Of a stretch of DNA of 64,000 bases, positions 46,482-55,249 are shown piece after piece. The notes beneath the pieces are model-generated. The model was not told the DNA's origin and searched no databases. It saw nothing but the letters and a program-made list of their open reading frames with translations. The stretch is from NCBI GenBank assembly GCA_947476745.1, contig CANJRG010000019.1, forward strand, positions 1,556-65,555, read 5' to 3'. The DNA is from Acidimicrobiia bacterium (GTDB lineage Bacteria > Actinomycetota > Acidimicrobiia > Acidimicrobiales > CAIXPF01). How positions within the stretch are numbered: position 1 is the stretch's first letter; each line of letters begins with the position of its first letter. The position numbers were made by a program, and so were the translations under genes.

Positions 46482-47465
46482 TCAGGCCGACAGGGCGGCG
46501 ACGATACGGTCGGCCAGCTCGGCGATGAACGTACGGTACTTCCCGTCGGCGGGCAGCGTAAGGGTGGCCAGCGGCACCAGGGTGGCGTCGGTTTCCCTGG
46601 CCACCGCCTTGGCCACCGCGGCGGGGGTGCCGATCTCGGTGAAGACCACCGACACCCCGGCGCGACGGATCTGCTCGTCGAGCTCGGCCAGCTGCGCGGC
46701 GGAGGACTCGGCCTGGCTGGACAGCGACGGGACCACCGCACCGATCTGTTCGAAGCCGTACCGATCGGCGAAGTAGCCGAGCGATTCGTGGCCGGTGACC
46801 AGCTTGCGTCTCGTCTCGGCAAGGGTGGCGACCTTGGTTCTGGTCTGCTCGTCGAGGGTGGCGAGCCCGGCGCGTACCTCGGTGGCCCGCGCGGTCACGT
46901 CGAGGCCGAGTTCGTCCGCCAGCGTGGTGGCGAGCCCGCCCACGACGGAGGACATCGAGACCGGGTCGACCCAGAAGTGCGGGTCTCCGCCGTGGCGCTC
47001 GTCGCCGTGGTCCTTGGCCGGGACGCCGTCGCCGCGCTCGAGGGAGCGGACGGTGAGATGGTCGGTGGCCTCGAACACGGGCACGCCGGCAGCCTCGGCC
47101 TCGGCCAGGGCGTCGTGGAGGCCCTCCTCGAGGTCGAGGCCGTTGACCACCACCAGGTCGGCGTTGCGCACGGCGGCGATGTCCTTGGCCGAGGGCGACC
47201 AGTCGTGGGGGTCCGCGCCGTTGCCCATCAGTACCCGGACCTGGGCCTGATCGCCCACGACCTCGGCCACCACCGCAGCCAGCACCGGGTAGGACACGAC
47301 GATGACCGGCCGGCCGCCGTCGCCGGCCGAGCCCGGGCCGGTGCTGCATGCCGCGGTCACCAGGGCCACGACGAGCAGCAGACAGCTGGTTCCGGCCCCG
47401 AGCAGCCGTCGGTTGCGGCGGTGGCCGTCCCGCCCCTCGGTTTCGGAAATGATTCTCAGAATCAT
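46482..47465 (-). CDS. Metal ABC transporter substrate-binding lipoprotein (ZnuA/TroA cluster A-I)
   Basis: Lipobox LVTAAC, GADPHDW, GGDPHFWVDP and a short His/Asp loop (KDHGDERHGGD) are present. The ATG at 47465 is inferred. Confidence 0.8.
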   Translation of the reverse strand: MILRIISETEGRDGHRRNRRLLGAGTSCLLLVVALVTAACSTGPGSAGDGGRPVIVVSYPVLAAVVAEVVGDQAQVRVLMGNGADPHDWSPSAKDIAAVRNADLVVVNGLDLEEGLHDALAEAEAAGVPVFEATDHLTVRSLERGDGVPAKDHGDERHGGDPHFWVDPVSMSSVVGGLATTLADELGLDVTARATEVRAGLATLDEQTRTKVATLAETRRKLVTGHESLGYFADRYGFEQIGAVVPSLSSQAESSAAQLAELDEQIRRAGVSVVFTEIGTPAAVAKAVARETDATLVPLATLTLPADGKYRTFIAELADRIVAALSA

Positions 47466-47478
47466 GATGGGCACTATA
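47449..47478 (-). promoter_or_regulatory. Fur-family-like palindrome ATGATTCT-C-AGAATCAT overlapping the start codon, plus a TATAGT -10 hexamer (possible leaderless promoter)
   Basis: An AT-rich island in GC-rich DNA. It holds a perfect 8-1-8 inverted repeat at 47449-47465. On the minus strand TATAGT sits at 47478-47473, 7 nt upstream of the ATG. Confidence 0.45.
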
Positions 47479-47643
47479 GGCCACCGGGCCGAGCGGCCGC
47501 AGGTCGCCACCGGCCGGTGCCCACGGCCGGTGCCCACGGCCGTTGGGGTCGACCGGGTCGACCGGGTCGACCGGATCGGTCGGATCGGTCGGGTCTCACC
47601 GGGTGGTCGGGCAGGCTGGCCGTCGGTCCGGACAACGTTCAGC

Positions 47644-48438
47644 TCAGGCCGTTGGTGGGGAGGTCGGGGGGCGCCGGCGTCGCAGCAGCACCGCTGCGAG
47701 GGCCACGCCGAGTGCCACCAGCGCCGCTACCGCCAGGACCGCCGACGGCGCCGAGGACCCGCCGTCGTCCGGCGCCGCGTCCGTCCGCTGCGTTGTGCTC
47801 GGTACTGCCGGGGCAGAGGTGGACGTCGGGCCGGTCGAGCCGTTCGGTGCCCCCGTGGTCGTCACGGTGGTGCTGCCCGCCCAGTTGGTGACCACCGGCA
47901 ACGGCGGCTCGGTCGAGGGAGGCTTGGTCCCGCCGGGCACGGCGACCGTGATCGGGGGGTCGGACCCGGAAATCACCACGGCAGGTGCGGGGTGGGCCGG
48001 CTCTGCCGTACCGGGTTCCGGCAGGGCGATCCAGGCCAGCTCGCCGGTGGAACAGGTCTGCACCAGGGGGAAGTACACGGTTCGAGCCGCCCCGGTGGCG
48101 GTGAAGGCGAGATCGAAGTGGTCGACTGCCGTGGCGGTGAGCTCCCCACCGGAGAAGGTCACGGTCTTGGCGGTGTTCTCGACCTTCCATCCGGCCTTGG
48201 GTGCGCCGCCGACGCCGATCAGGCCGTCGGGGACGGCGAAGCGCAGGCGGACGGTGGGCGAGCCGTCGCAGCCATGTTTGACGGTGAAGGCCACGATGAC
48301 CGGGCGGTCCGCCGGGATCAAGGCCGGATCGGCGCTGACGTGAGCGGCGGCGGTACCCGCGCCGACGACGAGGATCGCCACGGCGACAAGGGCCACGCGG
48401 GCCACCAGCCGTGGTTGGCGGATGCGGGACGGGGCCAT
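47644..48438 (-). CDS. YcnI-family (DUF1775) copper-binding protein with a Pro/Thr-rich spacer and a C-terminal TM anchor
   Basis: The signal peptide ends AAAHVSADP, giving a His at the mature N-terminus. VKHGCDGSPT is present, with a C-terminal hydrophobic anchor followed by RRRR. Confidence 0.7.
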   Translation of the reverse strand: MAPSRIRQPRLVARVALVAVAILVVGAGTAAAHVSADPALIPADRPVIVAFTVKHGCDGSPTVRLRFAVPDGLIGVGGAPKAGWKVENTAKTVTFSGGELTATAVDHFDLAFTATGAARTVYFPLVQTCSTGELAWIALPEPGTAEPAHPAPAVVISGSDPPITVAVPGGTKPPSTEPPLPVVTNWAGSTTVTTTGAPNGSTGPTSTSAPAVPSTTQRTDAAPDDGGSSAPSAVLAVAALVALGVALAAVLLRRRRPPTSPPTA

Positions 48439-48585
48439 GGAAACCTCGGTGGCGGGTTACGGACGGGTGGAATGCGCTCGCACGCTACTCGCGCCTGCGG
48501 TCCCGACCTCCGGTGTTGCCATCCCAGTCGCTCGCCCGGTGCCGGGCCCGACACAGCCGGCCGGAACCCGGGCGGTCGACGCGCG

Positions 48586-49845
48586 ATGCTGAACGGCATG
48601 AGCGATGGTCCTGGCCCCACCGGCGCACTCCACGGCATCCGGGTTGTCGATCTGACCACGGTGATGATGGGGCCGCTCGCGGCGCGCATCCTCGGCGACC
48701 ACGGTGCCGACGTGGTCCGCATCGAGAGCCTCGAGGGTGATACGACCCGGAACTCGCCGCCGTTCCGTCACCCGGGGATGAGCGCCAGCGCCCTCAACCT
48801 GCAGCGCAACAAGCGGTCGGTGTCGCTGGACCTGAAGGACCCGGCGGGTCGTCGCGCCGCGTTCGAGCTGATGACCGGTGCGGACGTGGTCGTCACCAAC
48901 ATGCGCCGTGGGGCCCTCGAACGCCTCGGCCTCGACTCCGCCACGGTGCGCACGGCGCGCCCGGAGGTGATCTACTGCGTAGCCAACGGGTATGGCTCGA
49001 CCGGGCCGTACGCCGACCGGCCGGCCTACGACGACGCCATCCAGGCCGCGTCGGGATCGGCTTGGTTGATGGGCAGGATGCTCGGTGAGCCCCGCTACCT
49101 GCCGACCATCGTGGCGGACAAGGTGGTCGGCATGGCGTTGGCCCAGGCGGTGCTCGCTGCGCTGGTGCACCGCCTGCGCACCGGCGAGGGTCAGACCGTC
49201 GAGGTGCCGATGTTCGAGACGATGGTGGCGTTCAACCTCGTCGAGCACCACCGGGGCCACACCTTCGAGCCGCCGATCGGTCCGGTCGGCCACGAGCGGG
49301 TGCTGTCGGACCGACGACGGCCCTGCCGCAGCAAGGACAGCTGGATCGGCATCCTGCCCTACACCGACGCCCACTGGCGGGACTTCTTCGCCATCGCCGG
49401 CCGGCCCGAGCTCGCCACCGATCCGCGTTTCACCGGGTTCAACAACCGGCTGGCGAACATCGACGCGGCCTACGGCTTCATCGCCGAGGTGTGCCCGACG
49501 CGAACGACGGCGGACTGGCTGGCCGCATGCGATGCGCATTCGATCCCGGCGATGGCGGTGCTCGATCTAAACGACGCGGCCGCTGACCCGCAACTGGCGG
49601 CGGTGGGTCTGCTCGAGGTGGTCGACCATCCCAGCGAGGGCCCGTACCGTTACGTGCGGGACGCCACCAGCTTCAGCTCGTCGCCGACGGGGTTGTTCCG
49701 CAACGCGCCACGGCTGGGGGAGCACACCGCCGAGGTGCTCAGCGAGATCGGCTGGTCGGACACCGAGATCGCCGCACTGCTGGCATCGGGAGCCGGGCTG
49801 CAGGCAGCGCGGTCCGATACCGCTCGGTCCGATACCGCTCGGTAG
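48586..49845 (+). CDS. Family-III CoA-transferase (CaiB/BaiF)
   Basis: LHGIRVVDLTTVMMGPLAARILGDHGADVVRIE and the C-terminal LGEHTAEVL are present. The ATG is at 48586 (alternative 48598). The upstream part of the 47302 ORF is rejected. Confidence 0.85.
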   Translation: MLNGMSDGPGPTGALHGIRVVDLTTVMMGPLAARILGDHGADVVRIESLEGDTTRNSPPFRHPGMSASALNLQRNKRSVSLDLKDPAGRRAAFELMTGADVVVTNMRRGALERLGLDSATVRTARPEVIYCVANGYGSTGPYADRPAYDDAIQAASGSAWLMGRMLGEPRYLPTIVADKVVGMALAQAVLAALVHRLRTGEGQTVEVPMFETMVAFNLVEHHRGHTFEPPIGPVGHERVLSDRRRPCRSKDSWIGILPYTDAHWRDFFAIAGRPELATDPRFTGFNNRLANIDAAYGFIAEVCPTRTTADWLAACDAHSIPAMAVLDLNDAAADPQLAAVGLLEVVDHPSEGPYRYVRDATSFSSSPTGLFRNAPRLGEHTAEVLSEIGWSDTEIAALLASGAGLQAARSDTARSDTAR

Positions 49846-51206
49846 GTGGAGGCGTAGGCGGCGGCCGGCTCGGTCCAACTCCAGTCGGACCGCATGGCCC
49901 GCTGCTGCACGGTGCGCCGACGTTGGTCGTTGCGGTGGGCGCGCAGGGCCCGGTGCACCGCGTCCATCAGGTGCAGCGGCCCGGGTCGGTGGGCCAGGAA
50001 CCCGTTGCCACGGTCCGGCTCGGCGTCCGCGTCGATGACCGTGTCGCGGAGGCCGCCGACGCCGTTCACCACCGGGATCGAGCCGTAGGCCATGGCCTCC
50101 ATCTGGGTCAGCCCGCAGGGCTCGAACCGGCTGGGGACCAGCATCAGGTCCGAACCGGCGGCCACGAGGTGGGCCAGCTCGTCCCGGTAGGGCGACACGA
50201 ACACCCGGTCGGGGTGGCGTTCGGCCAGGGCGCGGGCGAGCTCCACCAGGCGGGCCTCGCCGTCGCCGACCAGCACCATACGGGCCGGTAGGTTGGCGAG
50301 CAGCGGTACCAGGTCGAGCGCAACGTCGATGCCCTTCTGCTCGACCAGACGGGCCACGACGCCGATGATCGGCTCGTGATCGTCGGGAAAGCCGGCCAGC
50401 CGGCGCAGTGAGCGGCCGCACACCTCGCGCCCGTCGAGTTCGGCCGCGGTGAACGCCGCAGGCAGATACCGGTCGGTGGCGGGGTTCCAGCGTTCGGTGT
50501 CGATCCCGTTGCGGATACCGGTGAGCCGGTCGCCGGCGGCCTCCAGCAGCTCGTCGAGGCCCTCAGCGTGCTCGGGCCGGCCGATCTCCGCGGCGTAGGT
50601 CGGCGACACCGCGACGATTCGGCCGGCGAGGCGGATGGCCCCGGCCATCGGGTTGCAGGCGCCGCCATGGCGGAACGCCTCGCCGCGTGGCCCGAGGGCG
50701 ACCAGCCAGCCTTCGTCGGCCCAGCCCTGGTAGGCGAGGTTGTGGATGGTGAACACCGTCGGCATGGCCGGGTCGAGCGCGGCGAGCGCGGTGGCGGTGT
50801 GCCAGTCGTTGAGGTGCACGACGTCGGGCCGCCATTCGCCGGCGAGCGCGGCCACGGCCTGGGAGAAGGCGAAGAACCGTCGGTCGTTGTCCGCCCACCC
50901 CTCGCCGGTATCGGGGTGCACGTAGGGATGACGGCGCGCCATCCCTACGACGTCGACGGCGTGGACCGGTCCAAGCCCGTCGAGGGTGAAGCTGCGCACG
51001 GTGGCCGGCCCGGCCCAGGCCGGGACGGGCACCGGTCGCGGCGGTGTCGGGTCGAGCTCCAGGGGGCTGGGCCCGTAGTCGGGGACGATGACGTCGACCC
51101 GGTGTCCGGCCCGGCGCAGGCTGCGCACCAGGCCACAGGCAGCCTCCCCGAGCCCGCCGACCTTGATCAGCGGGGCGAGTTCGGCGGCGGCGAACAGGAC
51201 GTGCAT
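49650..51206 (-). CDS. glgA: Glycogen/starch synthase (GT5)
   Basis: MHVLFAAAELAPLIKVGGLGEA is the KXGGL motif. PSRFEPCGLTQMEAMAYGSIPV is also present. A roughly 65-aa non-conserved tail runs antisense to the CoA-transferase 3' end. Confidence 0.85.
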   Translation of the reverse strand: MHVLFAAAELAPLIKVGGLGEAACGLVRSLRRAGHRVDVIVPDYGPSPLELDPTPPRPVPVPAWAGPATVRSFTLDGLGPVHAVDVVGMARRHPYVHPDTGEGWADNDRRFFAFSQAVAALAGEWRPDVVHLNDWHTATALAALDPAMPTVFTIHNLAYQGWADEGWLVALGPRGEAFRHGGACNPMAGAIRLAGRIVAVSPTYAAEIGRPEHAEGLDELLEAAGDRLTGIRNGIDTERWNPATDRYLPAAFTAAELDGREVCGRSLRRLAGFPDDHEPIIGVVARLVEQKGIDVALDLVPLLANLPARMVLVGDGEARLVELARALAERHPDRVFVSPYRDELAHLVAAGSDLMLVPSRFEPCGLTQMEAMAYGSIPVVNGVGGLRDTVIDADAEPDRGNGFLAHRPGPLHLMDAVHRALRAHRNDQRRRTVQQRAMRSDWSWTEPAAAYASTYRAVSDRAVSDRAACSPAPDASSAAISVSDQPISLSTSAVCSPSRGALRNNPVGDELKLVASRT

Positions 51207-51299
51207 CGCGCTCCTCGGCCTTCGGGTGACCTCGCCCACCGAGACCACCGCTGTAGTCGGTATCGGCACCGTTGGGCCGCCGGTTGAGCGCAGGGCCCC

Positions 51300-51860
51300 T
51301 CAGGTTCGAATGAACGCGGCGACGACGGGGTCGCGTCGCAGGGCTGCGAGCTCTTCGTCGGTCGGCAGGATCGGCCGGTCGCGTTCGGCGTTGACCATGC
51401 ACAGGAAGCCCAGCGGCTCGTCGCCGCCGGCCCGGAACTGGTGCCAGGTCAGGGGGGGCACGGTCACCAGGTCGTTGGTGGCGAGCTCGATGACCGTGTC
51501 GTGCACCAGGCACGCACCGCGGCCGCGCAGCACCATGACCCCGTGGACGTGTTCGTGGCGTTCGAGGGTGGAGTGCCCGCCCGGGGCGACCTCGAAGTAC
51601 CGCAGCTGGCAGCCCAGCTCGGGACGCTCGATGAGCACCTGGCGGGTCACGTCGCGGAACGGCGCGGAGCCCTCGGCCTTGTAGGCCAGCAGCTCGACCT
51701 GCTCCCACCGGAAGCTGCCGTCGTGGCGACGGTGCGGTGCCGGTCCGTCCTGCACCGCCGGGCCACCGGCCGCGGTCGGGCCGGTGTTCGCCGCCGGGCC
51801 GGTCGGGCCGGCGGCAACGGTCGTGTCGGTCTGGCGGTGCTCGTCGTCTTTGGGGGTCAT
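51300..51860 (-). CDS. Cupin domain protein with a low-complexity N-terminus
   Basis: The cupin core is APGGHSTLERHEHVHGVMVLRG...LTWHQFRA. It starts 7 nt downstream of the RLP stop. Confidence 0.7.
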   Translation of the reverse strand: MTPKDDEHRQTDTTVAAGPTGPAANTGPTAAGGPAVQDGPAPHRRHDGSFRWEQVELLAYKAEGSAPFRDVTRQVLIERPELGCQLRYFEVAPGGHSTLERHEHVHGVMVLRGRGACLVHDTVIELATNDLVTVPPLTWHQFRAGGDEPLGFLCMVNAERDRPILPTDEELAALRRDPVVAAFIRT

Positions 51861-51867
51861 GGCGGAC

Positions 51868-53022
51868 TCAGGCCGCTGCGTCGGTCACTGCGGTGACGAA
51901 TCGGCGCGCTTCGTCGTCGAGCCGGTCGCCTGCGGCGAGCAGCGCCCCGCCGATGAGCAGCATGATGTCGTTGCCGTAGGCGGCGATCATATCGCCGGCC
52001 CGGTCGGGGGTCATGCCGCCGGCCGGCACCGGTAGGCAGGTCGCCAGATGGGCCCACGGCCGTCGGGCCCGTTCAGCGATGGCGTCACAGCGTTCGGCCG
52101 AGTACGAGAACCGTCCGCCGACGTTGGGGAAGATCGTGGCATCGGCGCCGAACAGGCGGAACAGTCCGCCGAGCAGCAGCGGCGGGTCGACGCGGGCGGC
52201 CCCGGCGTAGGCCGGGTGGGCGAGCACCGCCACACCGTCGAGGTCCTCGTCGACCAGCTCGCGGAAGGTGCCGAGGCCGATCAGGCTGGGCGCCACCAGC
52301 ACCGCCCGGACCCCGAGGTCGCGGGCCAACAGGGCCTGGCGGGCCAGGGTCCGCGGCGATCCGACCAGGCTGGGCACGTAGCGGGTGGACCCGCCGGTTC
52401 GCCGGTTGGCCCGTTCGACTGCGGCCTGGCAAGCCGCCACCCGCTCGGCGAAGGGAGCAGCGACCTGGTCGGCGAGGCCGTGGTCGTCCTTGACGAAGTC
52501 CAGGCCGGCGAGGGCGAATCGCTCGCACAGCGCCGCCAGCGCCGTTGCGTTCAGGCCCTGCGGCTTCAGCGCCGTGCAGGTGAGCGGCCGGCCGTCCGCC
52601 CCGCACAGTCTTCGCAGCCCGTCGATGCCGTGGCGTGGCCCGCGGAAGGACGCCAGCAGCGCCGGGGGTAGGTCGACCTCGACGAGGCGGACGGCGTCGT
52701 GCAGCGAGCAGTTGCCGAACAGCATGTTGAGCAGCTGGGCGGTCTCGGTGCCGACGGTCTCCGCGGCGAGGCCGAGGGTGACCGCGTAGCAGCCCGGCGA
52801 GTGTTCGGTGACGGCCTCGACGCGACCGGCCACCTCGGCGAGCACCCGCCGGTCGGTGATGGCGTCGAGGGGCATCTCGACGCTCTGCTCAGTGGCCAGG
52901 GCGCGTGCCACGGCGTCGATCTCGTCGGCCTCAGCGGACACCAGGTAGGTGGCCCGGATCCAGGCCGGCGCGTCGTGGTTCACCGGAGGTGCATCCTTCC
53001 ATCCGCCGCGGCGGGTCGCCAA
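51868..53022 (-). CDS. RuBisCO-like protein (form IV large-subunit homolog)
   Basis: LNMLFGN, TALKPQGL, LDFVKDDHGL and a C-terminal GG-containing region are collinear with the RuBisCO large-subunit active-site motifs. The start is the TTG at 53022 or the GTG at 52983. Confidence 0.75.
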   Translation of the reverse strand: MATRRGGWKDAPPVNHDAPAWIRATYLVSAEADEIDAVARALATEQSVEMPLDAITDRRVLAEVAGRVEAVTEHSPGCYAVTLGLAAETVGTETAQLLNMLFGNCSLHDAVRLVEVDLPPALLASFRGPRHGIDGLRRLCGADGRPLTCTALKPQGLNATALAALCERFALAGLDFVKDDHGLADQVAAPFAERVAACQAAVERANRRTGGSTRYVPSLVGSPRTLARQALLARDLGVRAVLVAPSLIGLGTFRELVDEDLDGVAVLAHPAYAGAARVDPPLLLGGLFRLFGADATIFPNVGGRFSYSAERCDAIAERARRPWAHLATCLPVPAGGMTPDRAGDMIAAYGNDIMLLIGGALLAAGDRLDDEARRFVTAVTDAAA

Positions 53023-53076
53023 CCCCCACCGGTTCAGGCGAGCAGGCCGGGCGCACCCACCAGCCCGAGGTCGGCC

Positions 53077-53111
53077 GGGGCCGGGTCGGGTCGGGCCGGG
53101 TCGGGCCGGGG
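53077..53111 (+). other. G-quadruplex-forming motif: seven G3-4 tracts separated by 2-nt loops
   Basis: GGGGCCGGGTCGGGTCGGGCCGGGTCGGGCCGGGG was read directly, in the divergent RLP/qor intergenic region. Confidence 0.6.
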
Positions 53112-53179
53112 TCGAACTAGGGTCGGCGGGGCACGGTCGTACCGGTCACGCCGGTCGGATCACGGGACCAGGAGGCGTC

Positions 53180-54160
53180 ATGCGCGCGGTGGTGTTGAAC
53201 GGGTACGGCGGGCCCGAGGTCATGGCGGTACAGGAGTTGCCGGACCTGCAGGCCGGGCCTGAGGAGGTCGTCGTCGACATCGCGGCCACTGCGGTCAACC
53301 GCGCCGATCTCCTCCAACGCATCGGTCGCTACCCGCAGCCGGGGCCAAAGCCCGAACACGAGATCCCGGGCCTGGAGTTCGCCGGGCGGGTCGGCTCGGT
53401 CGGTCCCCGGGTGACCGCCTGGAAGGTCGGCGACGCGGTGATGGGAATCCTGGCCGGCGGCGGCTACGCCTCGCAGGTCACCATCCACGAACGGCAGGCG
53501 ATCGCGGTGCCCGTCGGGGTCGACGTGGCGGACGCCGCGGCGATCCCCGAGGTGTGGCTCACCGCGTGGGACGCCTTGGTGTTGCAGGGCGGGCTGGGCC
53601 CCGGGGGCGTGGCGTTGGTGCACGGCGGCGCATCCGGCGTGGGCACGGCGGCGATCCAGATAGCCCGCTGGGCCGGCGCCCGGGTGGTGGTCACCTGTTC
53701 CGCCGGCAAGATCGACCGCTGCCTGGCCCTCGGCGCCGATGCTGCCGTCGACTACCGCGGCGGCGACGTGCTGGCCGCGGTGCGCGAGGTGTCCGGCGGC
53801 CGTGGCGTCGATGCCGTGCTGGATGTGGTCGGCGGGGAGAATCTCGACCTCAACCTCGATGCGCTCGCCCTGAAGGGCCGCATCGTGCAGGTCGGCACCA
53901 TGGGCGAGGCCAGTGCGCCGCTGGCACTGGGCAAGCTGATGATGAAGCGGGCGTCGCTCATCGGCACCGTGCTGCGGGCCCGGCCGCTCGAGGAGAAGGC
54001 GGCGCTGGCCCAACGCTTCGCCAAGGAGCTGCTGCCGGCCTTCGCCGACGGCCGCTTCCGGCCGGTCATCGACCGTCGCTTCCCGCTTGCCGAGATCGGC
54101 GCGGCGCACGACTACGTGGCGACCAACGCCAACGTCGGCAAGGTCGTCATCGACATCTGA
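53180..54160 (+). CDS. NAD(P)H:quinone oxidoreductase (zeta-crystallin/MDR family)
   Basis: A GGAGG RBS is present. MRAVVLNGYGGPEVM..., VNRADLLQRIGRYP and HGGASGVGTAAIQIA support the call. Confidence 0.85.
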   Translation: MRAVVLNGYGGPEVMAVQELPDLQAGPEEVVVDIAATAVNRADLLQRIGRYPQPGPKPEHEIPGLEFAGRVGSVGPRVTAWKVGDAVMGILAGGGYASQVTIHERQAIAVPVGVDVADAAAIPEVWLTAWDALVLQGGLGPGGVALVHGGASGVGTAAIQIARWAGARVVVTCSAGKIDRCLALGADAAVDYRGGDVLAAVREVSGGRGVDAVLDVVGGENLDLNLDALALKGRIVQVGTMGEASAPLALGKLMMKRASLIGTVLRARPLEEKAALAQRFAKELLPAFADGRFRPVIDRRFPLAEIGAAHDYVATNANVGKVVIDI

Positions 54161-54165
54161 GCCCG

Positions 54166-54191
54166 CCGACCTCGGGTCGACCCGAGGTCGG
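54166..54191. terminator. Perfect 26-nt palindrome (11-bp stem, TCGA loop) between convergent genes; an I-shaped terminator candidate
   Basis: CCGACCTCGGG TCGA CCCGAGGTCGG lies 6 nt after the qor stop. It has no U-tail. Confidence 0.5.
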
Positions 54192-54309
54192 GCCAGGCCC
54201 GACCCGAGTCGGCGCGATCCCACCGGACTCTTGCCGGGACGCCGCTTCAGGCCGAGCCGACGGGCGCGTCCCGCCGGGCCTGGCGCGGTCCCGCCCGGTG
54301 GGCCGTCGC

Positions 54310-55038
54310 TCAGCGTTGCAGGTTGCGGGCGAACAGGGCGTGGAGGCGTTCCCAGTGCCGTTCGGCCGAGGGCTTGTCGTATGCCCCGTCTCGCTGGGGG
54401 AAGGCGAAGCCGTGATGGGCACCCGGATACCACTCGACGCGGGCGTTGGCCTCGACAGCGCGGAGGTGGGCCTCGAGCCCGTCGATCATGTCCTTCGGGG
54501 CGTAGTCGTCGAACTCGGCGCAGGCGAAGTACAGCTCACCCTTGACCGAGGCGGCGAGATGGGCCGGGGACTTCTCGCCGAACAACCGCACGCCGTACAT
54601 CGACGCCGCAGCGGCGATCCGTTCGGCGAACATGCCGGCCATGGCGAAGGAGAACGGCCCGCTCATGCAGTAGCCGACGCAGCCCACCCGGGTGGCATCA
54701 GCGGCGGGGTCGGCGTCGACATGGGCGAACATCACCCCGGTGTCCGCGGCGACCATCAGGTCGCTGAGGCCGTTCATCAGGCCGAACATGACGTCACGGG
54801 AGCCCGGGTCGTTGCGGTCGAGGACGAAGTCGCGGCTGCTGCGGTAGTACAGGTTCGGCAGCACCACGTAGTAGCCGGTCGTGGCGATGCGTCGGGCCAT
54901 GTCGTGCAGCTCCTCGCGCTTGCCCGGGGCGTCCATGTAGAAGAACACCACGGGATGAGGCCCGTCTTCTTCCGGATGGGTGATGAAGGTGTTCATCGCG
55001 CCGTCCGCGGTCTGCAGGTCCAGGTGGTGCTCGATCAT
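54310..55038 (-). CDS. Dienelactone hydrolase family protein
   Basis: An alpha/beta-hydrolase with nucleophile motif GYCMSG and PGAHHGF near the C-terminus. An alternative upstream start is at 55140. Confidence 0.75.
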   Translation of the reverse strand: MIEHHLDLQTADGAMNTFITHPEEDGPHPVVFFYMDAPGKREELHDMARRIATTGYYVVLPNLYYRSSRDFVLDRNDPGSRDVMFGLMNGLSDLMVAADTGVMFAHVDADPAADATRVGCVGYCMSGPFSFAMAGMFAERIAAAASMYGVRLFGEKSPAHLAASVKGELYFACAEFDDYAPKDMIDGLEAHLRAVEANARVEWYPGAHHGFAFPQRDGAYDKPSAERHWERLHALFARNLQR

Positions 55039-55249
55039 GGTCGGGAATGTAGCCGTCACCGCCTTGGCGCGTTCCGCCGAATCGACGTCGATTCGCTGCG
55101 AGTACGGAGACGTAGCGCCGGCCGACGATCCGGACTGCAACCAAGCGTGGCGCGCCGGCTGCGCAGGGGTGCGCGGAGGTGGTGGGACGAAAACGGCGGA
55201 ACGCCCCGGGCGAACCCGGGGCGTTCCGCCGATCGTCCGGTGTGAGCGA

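Noticed and set aside
51296-51315. tRNA-like T-loop sequence AGGTTCGAATGAA
   Set aside because: It is part of the cupin gene 3' end and stop region. No acceptor, anticodon or D-arm structure surrounds it.
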